A stretch of 64,000 nucleotides of DNA, taken from NCBI RefSeq assembly GCF_006345805.1, contig NC_042997.1:136834001-136898000 (forward strand). Reading direction: 5' to 3'. Made by a program: the position numbers and the translations under genes. The stretch is from Octopus sinensis (Eukaryota). Positions 51,823-64,000 of the stretch are shown piece by piece. Under the pieces are notes generated by a model. That model ran no database searches and was not told the origin of the DNA. It saw only the letters and a list, made by a program, of their open reading frames with translations. How positions within the stretch are numbered: position 1 is the first letter of the stretch; each line of letters opens with the position of its first letter.

Positions 51823-53340
51823 CATCATCATCATCATTTAGCATCCGCTTTCCATGCTAGCATGGGTTGGACAGTTCAACTGGGGTCTGTGAAGCCAGAA
51901 GGCTGCATCAGGCCCAGTCTGATCTGGCAGTGTTTCTACTGCTGGATGCCCTTCCTAACGCCAACCACTCCGTGAGTGTAGTGGGTGCTTTTTACGTGCC
52001 ACCCACACAGGTGCCAGACGGAGCTGGCAAATGGCCACAGACGGATGGTGCTTTTTACGTGCCACCAGCATGGGGGCCAGGCGAGGTTGGCAACGGCCAC
52101 GATTGGATGGTGCTTTTTATGTGCCACCGGCACGGAGGCCAACTGGGGCGGCGCTGGTAACGGCCACGATCGGATGGTTCGCTTACTTGTCACCGGCACT
52201 GGTATCATAGCTGCAATTTCCATTGATGTTGATCAACTTCGATTTTGGTTCTGATATCTGATTTAGTTTGATTTTGATTTTGGTTTTCACTTGCCTCAAC
52301 GGGTCTTCACAAGTGGAGTTTTGTGTCCCAAGAAGGAAAGGTATGACCACGGGTTATGGTCTCACTAGTCTTGCCGGGTCTTCTCATGCACAGCATACTT
52401 CCATAGGTCTCGGTCTCTAGTCATTTCCTTGGTGAGACCTAAAGTTCAAAGGTCGTGCTTCACCACCTCGTCCCAGGTTTTCCTGGGTCCACCTCTTCCA
52501 CAGGTTCACTCAACTACTAGAGTGTGGCACTTTTGCACACAACTATCTTCAGCCATTCTCGTCACATGACCATACCAGCGCAAACGTCTCTTGCACACCA
52601 CAACTGATGCTTCTTAGGTCCAACTTTTCTCTCAAGGTACTTACACTCTGTCGATTATGAACACTGACATTACACATCCATCGGAGCATACTGGCTTCAT
52701 TTCTTGCGAGCTTACACATATCCTCAGCAGTCACAGCCCATGTTTCACTACCATGTAGCATGGCTGTACGTACACATGCATCATACAGTCTGCCTTTTAC
52801 TCTGAGCGAGAGGCCTTTTGTCACCAGCTCTCTAAACTTTGCCCAGGCTATTCTTACTCTAGCAGTTACACTTTCAGCACACCCACCCCCGCTACTGACT
52901 TGGTCACCTAGGTAGCGGAAGCTATCAACTACTTCTAGTTTTTCTCCCTGGAACATGGTAGAAGTTGGTCTCTGCACATTTTCAGTGTTTATTGCTCCTG
53001 AGCATCTGCCACAGACAAAAACTATTTTCCTAGTTAGCCTTCCTTTGACATTGCTGCACCTCTTATGTGTCCATAGCTTACATTTGGTGCACCTTATAGT
53101 GTTTCTATCTACACCCTTTTTACAGATCGAGCAGGGCCATCTACCTGAAGGCGTTTGTGATTGGTCTACCTTCCTACTTATTAGGACTTTGGTTTTGGCT
53201 AGGTTGATTCTAAGGCCCTTCGATTCTAAACCTTGCTTCCACACCTGAAACTTCTCCTCCAGTTCTGATAGTGACTCAGCAATTAGAGCAAGGTCATCAG
53301 CATAGAGGAGCTCCCAGGGGCATCCTGTCTTGAATTCCTC
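51821..53340 (-). mobile_element. 5'-truncated RTE-clade LINE: RT C-terminal half with a PHD-finger insertion, ~540-bp 3' UTR, (GAT)n tail
   Basis: PWELLYADDL, GLRINLAKTKVL, DSFRYLGD, RLYDACVRTAMLHGSETW, GPRKTWDEVV. Confidence 0.93.
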
Positions 53341-53400
<60 letters not shown>

Positions 53401-53401
<1 letters not shown>

Positions 53402-53791
53402 TAGCAGTATCGCCCGGCGTTGCTCGGGTTTGTTTCGACCCGCTGGAATTGGAATTTTTGAAAAGTAAAAATTTTGCATTATGTAGCTTGTTATTCTCTT
53501 CAAGTGAACATTTTTCTGGTTGAAATACACTGAAAAGTGGTGACACAGCAGTGAAAAAATCGTAAAAAATAGGGATTTTCATAGAAAAAAGCACCTTTTT
53601 GATGTAAATAATTTTTGGTGTTAACATGGTCCGATTTGAATTTTATCTTCTACGGAAGGAAGAGCAACACTTCTTCTATCATACTCTCAATTTTGGTCAA
53701 CTTGTGCCGCAGGATCTCAGAGGAGATAGTGTTAGTTGAAGGTTACCAAACCTGGCGCACACAGACAACTTCAGCTTTATATAGAGAGAGA
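53401..53791 (-). mobile_element. Non-autonomous Helitron (~390 bp)
   Basis: On the - strand: A|TCTCTCTCTATATAAAG start, CCCGAGCAACGCCGGG hairpin, CTAG|T end. Confidence 0.85.
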
Positions 53792-55119
53792 TAACACATA
53801 CATATACACAAACACATGTATGTATGTATATATGTACATCTGTCCACTTCTTGCCATATTTTTATCCTTCACTTCCTACACACACACACACACACTCACA
53901 CACACACACACATGCACACACACACACACACCTTCTTAGGTTACAATTTATTTATTTCAACAATTGACAACTGAAGTACGCTCACTAATTAATACTACCA
54001 AAACTTAGCAACAGAAAGTAAATTAAAAATCAATTTTAATTTATAAAATATAGAATGGAATGTACTTCGAAAAATCATAGGTAAATTCCAATTGAAGAAA
54101 TTGTGTGAGGAGTAAATTGTTATGTATTTATTTGTTTCTGTTTCCTGTGTATTTTTTTGAGTAGTGGTTGAAGGTACACTTGCAAAGAGAAAGGAGAAAG
54201 TGTGGTAATAGAAGGAGTGAAGCAGTTGAAATTAGAGAGGCAAATCGTTAAACTTGTAAAGAGAAAGTAGGAGGCAAATCGTAAAATATTTAGTTTTCTC
54301 AAATTTTTGCTTAATTGGGGGTCAAATTGAAAAAACTTTATATGCCATGACCCAATCAAATCTACTTTGAAAAATCATAGGTAAATTCCAATTGAAGAAA
54401 TTCTATATTGTATAATTGTATCAAAAACAAACTATGTCAGAGGCAGAGAAAATCTGCCTTTTATCATAAGAGATTAAGAACAATCTTACTTAGAAATGGA
54501 TGCGTGCGTTCCATCATATAATAAATTAATAACTAAAATAAAACATATGCATATATACATACATATATGTACGTACCTACCTCTACATGTATATATACAT
54601 GCATATATGGGTACAGGACACCAAAAAAATATCAAACACAATGAGAAACGAAAACATAAACACAAAACCAAGGAAATGGACATTTTTCTTAAACAATGAA
54701 AAAATAGAGTACAGGACATACAATACAAGGAAAATTCCCCTTCTTCAGTCGACACACACACACACATGTGTATATGTTGCCATCTATGTATTATAATGAA
54801 TGTATACAGACCATTGTGGAAGCATATGGCTTAGTGGTTATGAGTGTTGGATTTAGTTCTAGATAAATTTCACTATAGGTAATATGAATATATTTTAGAT
54901 CACATTTTATTCACACATTAAGATAAAAATGATGGTGAGTACATATAAATAGATAAAGAATATGAATACATTTTAACTCACATTTTATTCACATATCTAC
55001 ATAAAAATGATGGCGAGTACATAAAAATAAAGTTATGAAAAAAGTTTGATATATTTGAAGAAAATTCCTATATGACAAATTGCCTGCAATATTTCTTAAA
55101 AATTGCTGAGCGTTTTCAG

Positions 55120-55970
55120 ATTAATAATTTTCACCTAGCATCTTTAGTCGTGCATCAATTATTTGATAGGACTTTTTTTTTTTGTTGTTGAGTCCCTACA
55201 TCGAATGTGCATAATTTTCATCTGGGTTAAGCCTTCTTCAGTCTTAAGAGCATTGCAAAGTTTCCACAAATTTGTATATGTGAATGTTATTGATGACTGC
55301 AAAGCATTGTGAAACCCTTCTATCAAATTATTTGCTCTTGGCAAGTCATTTAAAATGCATTCACGTATATTCCAGGGTTTGATAGGAAACTGTGGGGTTT
55401 CTCTTCGTTAATGAAGACTACGTCCCCTTACAGTCCCCATGTATGAATTCTCAAAATAAGTGATAAACTCGGAAGAGATGCTTTCATCATCAGACAAATC
55501 TTCAAATCCATTGACAATGTCTTCAATTGGTATAAATGCTAAAGTGCAAAAGCAATTTTAAGCTGAAAACTTTCATCCTTGTTGTATCTCCTACTTTCAC
55601 CAAGTGCACATATCTTTGGCCAAATAGACTGTCTAAGATGAAAAACACACCCAATTACTTCTAAATATGGAAATACTGAAACAAATGAATTTTGGAGAAC
55701 TTTTTCAAAGTCCATGAGACAGGTTGCAGGTCGACAATTTGCCCTTAAATCCCACACAGCAGACAAAAAACCATGATATGAGCCTTCTTTTTTGTCAGCA
55801 AGTAAGGCAAATAGCCTGGGCACACATGACCCTCCAATGATGAAATGTAATGTGAAAAGCTGACACCACAAACTAGGGAACACCTTAAAAGTTCTATCGC
55901 AGGCCCAATTTTCAGAGCCTTTTTCCGAGGAAAAAACTAAAATTCTGTCTGAGTTTTCAATGCCGCTGTT
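55120..55970 (-). mobile_element. Decayed Mutator-like (MULE) transposase
   Basis: DRTFKVFP...QLFTLH...PRLFALL..K...DFEK...FP...GCVFHLRQ and PRANNLIEGFHN motifs; frameshifted. Confidence 0.88.
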
Positions 55971-56369
55971 AATTAATTAATTAGTACTATTGACATAATT
56001 TTAAGAACTATTATGATTACTTCAAAACATGATGGTACTCTCACTCCCTCTTTGTCTAAAACTATTGGCATATCCCGTTATTGTAAATTTTTTATTTTAC
56101 TTTTTTATTACTTATCTACTATGTTACCTCCATAGAAAAATTAACCCACCAATTACTATTTTAAGTTTAGTCATTTACTCAAGGTCCCGAAGTGACACAT
56201 AAGCAAAATGGTATGATTTAAATATATTAAGCCTTTCATCTTCCTCTCAAGGCTCTTCTTCCTTTCTTTTCTTTTCTGTATGTATTTTTCTTCACTCTGA
56301 TGAAGCTCCATGTTCCAGATCGGATGTATTACCAAATATGATAAATATTATTTTCCGAATTTTCAATGG

Positions 56370-57255
56370 CAATACTAGAGATGTCCAAAGCTTCTATCAT
56401 TCATCAAACATCAAGGTGCCAGAAAAACTCTTGTGTTTGTGAATGAGAAGTTCACTGTGGATGCTGAAGTGAATCACAGAAATTCTTCTGACATCCCCAC
56501 TGTTTTTGAGACTAAGAAACCTGCCTCTGTGATAAATGCTTGATGGTGGGTATTTGTTTAGTTGTACATTTATGAACAGTTTCCAGGAGATTGATATGCC
56601 AAACAAGATAGGGGTTCCAGACTGGTGATGCAAACTCTAAGTGTGGACATACCATATACAGCTTTAAATAGATAGTTGATGAACAGCTTACTGAATGATG
56701 GAAGTGTCATGGATCCACACGTCATTGAGTTTGGCTTGAAGATCGGCACAAAGGAGTATCTGGAATTCTTGGAGAACTCTCTGTTACCTTGGATGGAGCA
56801 GAAGTTTGGGCTTGACAATGTGATGCTTAGCCAGGGTTCTGCACCATGTCATGGGTCAAAAGTAACACAGGCCTTCCTTGGTGAGAAGGTGCCATTTTTT
56901 GTGAGGGCCAACATCTCACCCAGTAATAGCCCAGATCAATAGCCCTTCTCAATTACTTTTTATGTGGCATACTTCAAGCAAGGACCAATGCTTCACCATA
57001 CTTGAGTGTCAACAGTTTGAAGACCTGTATTGTGCATGCAACACAGAATCAAAAAGGCGGAGGTTGCGGCAGCTGCAAAAAATTTCGTTCTCATATGGAG
57101 GCTGTAATTGTCCAAAAGGGTGGCCATATTGAGTGATAAATGCTTTGTTGCAATAAGTTTTACATTAAAATTATATCTGTGTACTACCATTATTTTAGGA
57201 TTTAAAAACCGTTTTATGCACCATAAAAACTGCCTCAATTTATCTGCAAGACCTG
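56370..57255 (+). mobile_element. Decayed Tc1/mariner-superfamily transposase (maT/DD37D-like) with right end
   Basis: EKFTVD..VNHRN, TKKPASV, GLKI...Y...L....LPW, QGSAPCH, PSNSPD; ends CCTG|TA. Confidence 0.75.
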
Positions 57256-57284
57256 TATATGATCTGTTCTTTTTATCTCAAGGT

Positions 57285-57570
57285 ACAACTTGATGTCATC
57301 TGCACATTTCAACACAAAGATTCTTTAAGTTGTCATCTAAGTCATTAATAAATATACAACAAACAAGGATTGATCCCCGTGGTACACCAGATGTCATCTT
57401 TTAGGGTGGAGAATGATGTCCTAGAACCATGGCTACCTCTTTTCGACTAAGAATAAAGGACTTTGACCAGTTATAGAGATCATCTTTCATACCCATTGCA
57501 GAAAGTTTTACCATGAGTCATTTGTGTGTTATTGAAGGCTTTGGGAAAGTCAGGATAGATAACATCCACC
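57285..57570 (-). mobile_element. CR1-type RT fragment
   Basis: TSGVPRGSIL...IFINDL...ADDIKL and a degenerate DFPKAF. Confidence 0.7.
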
Positions 57571-57739
57571 CATGAACCACCATCAGTGATTTGGGTGGTG
57601 TCTTCAAGAAACTCGAAGAATTGTCTACAACAGCTGGAATTAGGGATAAATCCAAAATGTGATGGTTGAACAAGACTGAGAGCTCCTGAAGTTTCAGAGT
57701 GTTACTCTGACACAGGACTTCATCAGATTGTGATGCAGC

Positions 57740-59272
57740 TAATAAGACTGACTGGATGGTAGTTGACAGGTGATGTGTGAGAAGTGTATAAGTCATGTAC
57801 AGGGACGCTATCAGTAAGGTAAGGATTAGCAATGAGTATAGTGAGGAATTTAGTGTACAAGTAGGTCCTCACCCACCTCTTGTCCATCATAATCCTCCAG
57901 GCAATAACAGAGGAAGTTAAGTCGGGCTGCCCCTGGGAGCTCTTCTATGCTGATGATCTTGTTCTTACAGCTGAATCATTACCAGAAGTACAGAAAAAAA
58001 AATTTCAAGTCTGGAAACAAGGTCTGGAATCAAAGGGCCTTAGAGTTAATTTAGCAAAGGAAAGCAGACAAATCACAAATCTTTTTATGTAGATAGTCCT
58101 GCTCGATATGTAGAAAAGATGTAGGTAGAAACTCCATGAGGTACAGATAGTGCAAGCCATGGACATGAGGTGCAGCAATATCAGAAGGTTAACAGGAAAA
58201 ATAGTCTTTGTGTGTGGCAGATGCACAGGTACAATAAACACTAGAAATATGCAGAAAATAAACTCCATTAAGTGCCTGGCAGGGATACCTAGAAGTAGTT
58301 GAAAGCTTTCGTTATCTAGGTGACCAAGTAAACAATAGAGGTGGATGCTCTGAGAGTGTAGTTGTTAGAATAAGTATAGGCTGAGCAGAGTCCAGAGAGT
58401 TTCTACCTTTGTTGGCAACAAAAGGCTCTCCCTCAGAGTGAAAGGCAGATTGTATGATGCCTGTATGTAGACAGCCATACTACATGGCAGTGAAACATGA
58501 GCTGTGACTGCAGAGGCTTGAAAGAAATGAAGCTAGTATGCTTCACTGGTTGTACAATGCTAGTGTTCATGTATGACTGAGTGTAAGCGTCTTGAGAGAA
58601 AAATTGGGCATAAGACACATCAGATGTGGTGTGCAAGAGAGTTAATTACACTGGTGTGATCATGTGATGCATATGGATGAGGACAGCTGCATAAAGAAGT
58701 GCCAGCTTCTAACTGTGGAGGGAACCTGTGGAAGAGGTACACCCAGGAAGATATAGGAATGGGATGAGGTGATGAAGCATGACCTTCAAATGTTGGGTCT
58801 CATGGAAGTGATGACAAGTGATTGTGACCTTTGTTGATTTGCTGTGCTTGAGAACACTCTTCAAGCCAAGTGAAATTGTAGTTGTACCTGGTATCTGTGA
58901 CATGTAACAGCATTTGTACAGTGACACATAAAAGCATTAGTGCCTGTGATACGTAAGAGCACCTGTGCGGGTGACATGTAAAAGCACCTGTGCCAGTGAT
59001 ACGTAAAAGCAACCATGCCGGTGACACGTAACAACACCTATGCCTGTGACACGTAAAAGCAACCATGCCGGTGACGCATAGAAGCATATGTGCTGGTGAC
59101 GCATAAAAGGCGCCCACTATAATCTTGGAGTGGTTGGCGTTAGGAAGGTCATCCAGTTATAGAAACCAAGCCAAAAATCAGACTGGAACCTTGTGCATCT
59201 CTCCAGCTTACCAGTTCCAGTCAAAGCGTCTAACCCATGCCAGTATAGGAAACAGACGTTAGATGATGATGA
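57740..59272 (+). mobile_element. Older 5'-truncated RTE LINE with a degenerate PHD insertion and a ~24-bp minisatellite in the 3' UTR
   Basis: LQAITEEVKSGCPWELFYADDL, CSICRK...FVCGRC, FRYLGD, (GAT)n tail. Confidence 0.88.
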
Positions 59273-61435
59273 TTTTACTATAATATATTAGAATAATATT
59301 TTCTTCAACTAGAATATCGAAGGGTCAATGTCAACTAAAGGTGTCAAAAATTTGTAACTAAAATCAGGTCGGTTTGGAATATCTTTATGTATGGCTCCCG
59401 ACTTTGTTTCTTCATAACTTTCAGGAAAAATGGATATTTTTCTTCATGAAATTTATTATACACCTTTCTGGTGGTGTAAGTTTCGATTATGACGGAAATT
59501 GTTGTGAAGAATTTTACGGATGGCAGGGAGATGAGGAGTTGCAGAAAATTCACACGAGTCAAATTTGTTTCCTCATAACTTGTAGAAAAATAGGTATTTT
59601 TAAATGAAATTTTTCATAAATATCCTTTAGATGGTGTCGAATACAAATGTATCGAAGTTTTATGAGAAAAAAAGAAAAGGAAAAAATTGGTAGGTGCATA
59701 CACAGTCATACTGACATCGGTATAAAATGGAAATTGACATTAAAAAAAAATTATGTAATGTGTGTCTATGTTTGCGCGATGCGAACACCAATTATTTAAA
59801 ATAAAAAAAAAAAAACCCATCAAATGCCGATATAATCACAATCTAGATCACTCGAAAGATATTTGTAGAAATTTTCATTAAAAAATAGGGATTTTCCCGA
59901 AAGTTATGAAGAAGAGTTCCATGAGGGGCGGGGCGCATACATGTGTAGGTATGCCCTTGATTTAATAGACATCTATAAACATAGACATTTACCCAGAGAA
60001 AATAAAAACATGAAAATAGTTCCATGTAAATATCATCGATTTATATCGAAATTGATTCCCATGTAACATAGCATAGTAACCTTATATCTTCTGTTCCTCT
60101 ATAAATCAAATATTTAATTTCATTTTTCATTTCAATATAGAGCTAAGACATTTGACATATTTTCGAGATTCTACACAATTTTCTCTAAAATGGCAGTCTC
60201 AACCGTAACTGTTGCATAACACTGACCTTTGATGTTTCGTAGCTAACATTTTAATTATAATCTGCACTATGCGTAACTTAGCTTGAAGTAATCGTCTTTT
60301 TTCTGATTACACTATTTTGTTCGTGTAGATTTATTATATTAGATATTGACGAAAAACTACTGCCAACACAATCACAGGTTATATAATTTAGAGGACGTTA
60401 TTTCGGAGTATATTCTATAACATTCATTAAAAAAAATATTACGAGAATGAGTTTTTCGATTTTTATTTTCTTCATTTGAACTTTTAAATAGTAAAATATA
60501 TAAACATTCAGTTGTCATCATAAAGTATTGATATTGTTAATTATATCTGATCTACTTTTTTAAATGACTTACCATATATAACAGAAAACAATATATCACG
60601 AAAATATCGATTTTTTTTATTCCGTCGATTTATTGTTTCACATTCCCGTTGGTAGTTATTAACAGTTTTTATAAATTATACAATAAAATTATACGTCGTT
60701 ATAAAAAATGTAATGCTTTGATTTATTTAGTTGTGTTCTGAAATATACACCCACGTCATAATTGCCATTTTGTATATCAAGTTACAAAGAGAACTAATTT
60801 TAATAATTAACTTTTGGATGATTGAAGAAAATACAATTTATTATTATAATCTTTGCACTGGCGGTAGAAAATTATCAGTTTTAATTGCTGTCATACCCGA
60901 TTAATTATACACACATTTCTAGATTACGCAGAACACTGGTTTCAAGTAATTCTTTTTTCTTTAAGACGAATGTACCATAAAGACGTAGAAAATATTAAAC
61001 CAGAAAGTAAGTTAATAAATAAGAATTGGGTTAAAAGGAAATAACAAGTAACTTCAATTAATAATTTTATTACAGAGGCACAAAGGATTTAAATTTAATG
61101 GGAAGGTAAGGGTGAATGACGTTTCGAAAATGCCAATTACCATCATCAATATGAATATATAAAGTTCTGATGACACAATCACATTTTTTAATATTACGCT
61201 ATAATAAACGAATTATATTGTACTAGTTCGACACCCGTGACTTTGCTGATGGTAGATAGTAAAATTTTTAGTTAAAATTTTGTTGTGTCTAGGCAATATT
61301 AACACACGCACTGGTTTAATTCCACCACTCCCTTATTATTAAATTGCTTAAATATCTATCTAACTAGTCGATTGTTTAATTTTAGTTTAAAGTTTGTCCG
61401 TTTAAAAGATACACACATAATATATGTGTGTGTGC

Positions 61436-61470
<35 letters not shown>

Positions 61471-63429
61471 TTACTAACTTCAATAGACTTAAACGAAATA
61501 GCAACACCATGAATCGAAACTGGGATGGAAGCGATTGTTTGTGAAGTATAACTGCGTCACACTTGTAACCCATGACCTTTAGAAATGTATTTCTATATGT
61601 CCTTATAAGGAAATAGCTGTTTGGCATAGTGTGACTATTTCTGTCATGCGCATTTTCCCCGACCGTACATCACCCGTTTAAATATAATCTTCCGCCAGTA
61701 ATATTTTATATTTACAAAGTATATTGTTTAATACTAAAATTCAAGAAATACTTATATTACATTTATATTATATTTTGAATTATTTTATACTATACTATAT
61801 AATAGAATCTGAATAAAATTGTTTTTTTAAAGGGAACTATATTATGCGCATGATCTCAGCGATCAGTCTCGTATTAATATCAAATTCTTATTGTGACGCA
61901 TAGTTTGGAGAAATCGCTCATACTGAATGGACGTTCGGGAAATTTTATCGTAAATTTGGTTTGCTATTTTCACTGTCTGGTAAGACAAAAATGTATTCTG
62001 ATTTATTAACTATAATAAAATACTTCGTTCTTAAAATTAACTTTGTTTTTCTTGCTTTTTTAAAGCTTTACTCACTTCTTCATAGTTTTTATTTCTTATC
62101 TAGCGGATTATGCTGATGTAGTGTGTGCCATCTTGAAAACGGAAGAAATTTGATTATGCTCTCAACTGAAATGCAAACTACTTGTGGGTTTCTTTCTTCT
62201 GGGTAAGCGAACTCAAGTAGTTGACCCTATAAGTAACCACTTAATATTTAGTGTTGTTTACGTATAAGAATTAAATAAAATTTTGAAGTTTCTGCTCTTA
62301 AGTTCTTAAAATAAAAATAACTTTCTTGGTTCCTTGCTGTTAAATTTTCTTTTCACAGTTCAACGCTGAAATAGAAATTCTTGCCAGTTTGCTGCTTTGG
62401 TTTTGCCATCACGTAGGGAATAATATATACATATAAAGCAAAAAGGACGCTAAGGTTGGCTTTTCATTGCCTCATTATTACAATTAAAAAGAATTTTGAG
62501 ATAACGTTAAATATATATTTGCAATAATTTATTCACTTGTAATAAAAAACCAAAAAAAAACAACCCCGCATTACTTTTTAATGCTTAGGATTAGCAAAGT
62601 AGACCACCAAAATGATTATTTGCCACACTTTTATAACCTTTCTTTTCAGTTAATCACTGGACTAAATTCCTAATTATATACATCGTTTTGCCTGACCCAG
62701 ATTCCTGCATACAGATATCTTACTGGATTTAAAAGGTTGGCTTTTCATTGCCTTTTCAGAAATTGACATTTAAAAACAAGATAATCCCCTTTGGTAAATT
62801 AATTTTTCTACAGTTGATTGTTGCTAACTTGGTTAAGTCTATCCCAGCTACACAACTTTTAGTGCTGGTTTCGTTATTTTGTCTAGTTGAGGCATGTAGA
62901 ATCATGCTGTTTCGTTTGTCGGGAACAGCAGAGAAGTTGAATACGTTTAAAATTATAATAAATTCGTTTTTATTTAAAATTGTTCAACTCTATTAATTGG
63001 TGTATACGTTTTTGTGTAAACATTGTTTCAGCTAGTAGCAATTTTCAAGTTGCTATCGCTTTGTAGTAAGAAGCCTTTGTGTTCCTAAAGGATCCTAAAG
63101 TCCGATATGGAGGTAATTATAAGATATTTTGTTTCTGAATCCCCATCTATAGCTTTTTTTTTCATGGCATTCATTCGTAAGTTTATTGTAAAATGTGAAG
63201 TAAATATAACCAGAAAAATTACCAAAAAAATTCGGTCCCCCTTTTTTTATTTGATCTTGAAAACAAGGCACTACTGTACATCGCGTGTATCATTTTACTA
63301 GAAACTTTGTTGATTCCATATCTGTGAGTTTAAATTGACCCTGAAATGAAAATCTAAAAAAAAAAAAGAATTACTGGAATGGAAGTAAAACTGGAGGAAA
63401 CAAATATGAAAAAATGAGCGCAAAGCAAC

Positions 63430-63965
63430 GGGAGGGTGGGACTTCAGAAAATTAACAAGATCCGAGCTTTTCCCTCAACTTTTAAGAAAATGGGCTTTTT
63501 TAATGAAATTTGTGGGGGAAAACGTTTCAGAGGGGGTGGGGAAAGGACTTCGGAAAATTAACAAGATTCGAGTTTTTCCCTCACAACTGTATGTGTTTAT
63601 ATATGTTTATATGTATGTATGTATCTATAGATAGACAGTAATAACGAGTGAATGAGAACGACGAAGGGTTAAAAAAAGCGTATAATTGAAAATGAAACAA
63701 AATCGAAGGCAAAACACTAAAAATTATTGAAATGGGGTAGAAATAGTACTACGCTAGGGTATCCGTAAAAAGTTGAATGTGATTTCGGAGTATAACAAGG
63801 TAAAACCATCAAGATTATTTTATAATCGTAATGGTACTTATATAAAATTTTAATTGTAAAAACACCAATTTCCTAAAAGTTACAAGGGATAAATTCGGAT
63901 TTTGTGAATTTTCCGAAGTCCTCTTCCTACCCCCCTGGAAAAGATTTTCCACACAAATTCCTTTA
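63430..63965. repeat. Unclassified repeat cluster with direct and inverted copies of GGACTTCGGAAAATTAACAAGATCCGAG; possibly Helentron/DINE-like
   Basis: Direct copies at ~63440 and ~63545, inverted copy at ~63895-63921, (GTAT)n between. Confidence 0.45.
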
Positions 63966-64000
63966 TAATCGTAATGTATTCCGTTTGAAAGGTATTTCTA

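Noticed and set aside
45753-51860. Long YI/IY-rich ORFs (up to 500 aa)
   Set aside because: Translations of (TA)n microsatellite; only the 47735-49429 portion is real LINE coding sequence
54600-54750. Possible hammerhead ribozyme (CTGAAGA plus stem on the - strand; also CTGATGA at ~56298)
   Set aside because: The required GAAA after stem II and a closing stem III could not be found

Overview
AT-rich, repeat-dense animal DNA, most likely an octopus or other coleoid cephalopod. The taxon is inferred from the effector-less [15 protein letters not shown] zinc-finger arrays and the SINE/RTE repeat style. 1-10 kb: a tandem C2H2 zinc-finger cluster with one intact 14-finger gene, a 12-finger paralogue disrupted by two RTE-tail retro-insertions and a stop, and orphan finger modules. 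11.9-45.1 kb: a + strand gene that I spliced by hand into 21 phase-consistent GT-AG coding exons (2949 nt, 982 aa) and recognise as SPIDR/KIAA0146. 45.8-59.3 kb: transposon debris built around long (TA)n arrays, including a CR1-type LINE, a probable solo LTR, RTE LINEs, a Helitron, and MULE and Tc1/mariner remnants. Most notable observations: a C4HC3 PHD finger inserted inside the RTE reverse transcriptase, a SINE/CR1-LINE shared 3' tail with a covarying hairpin, repeated retro-insertion into a zinc-finger array, and a near-perfect 111-bp hairpin next to a SPIDR exon. All family assignments come from motif recognition, not database searches.
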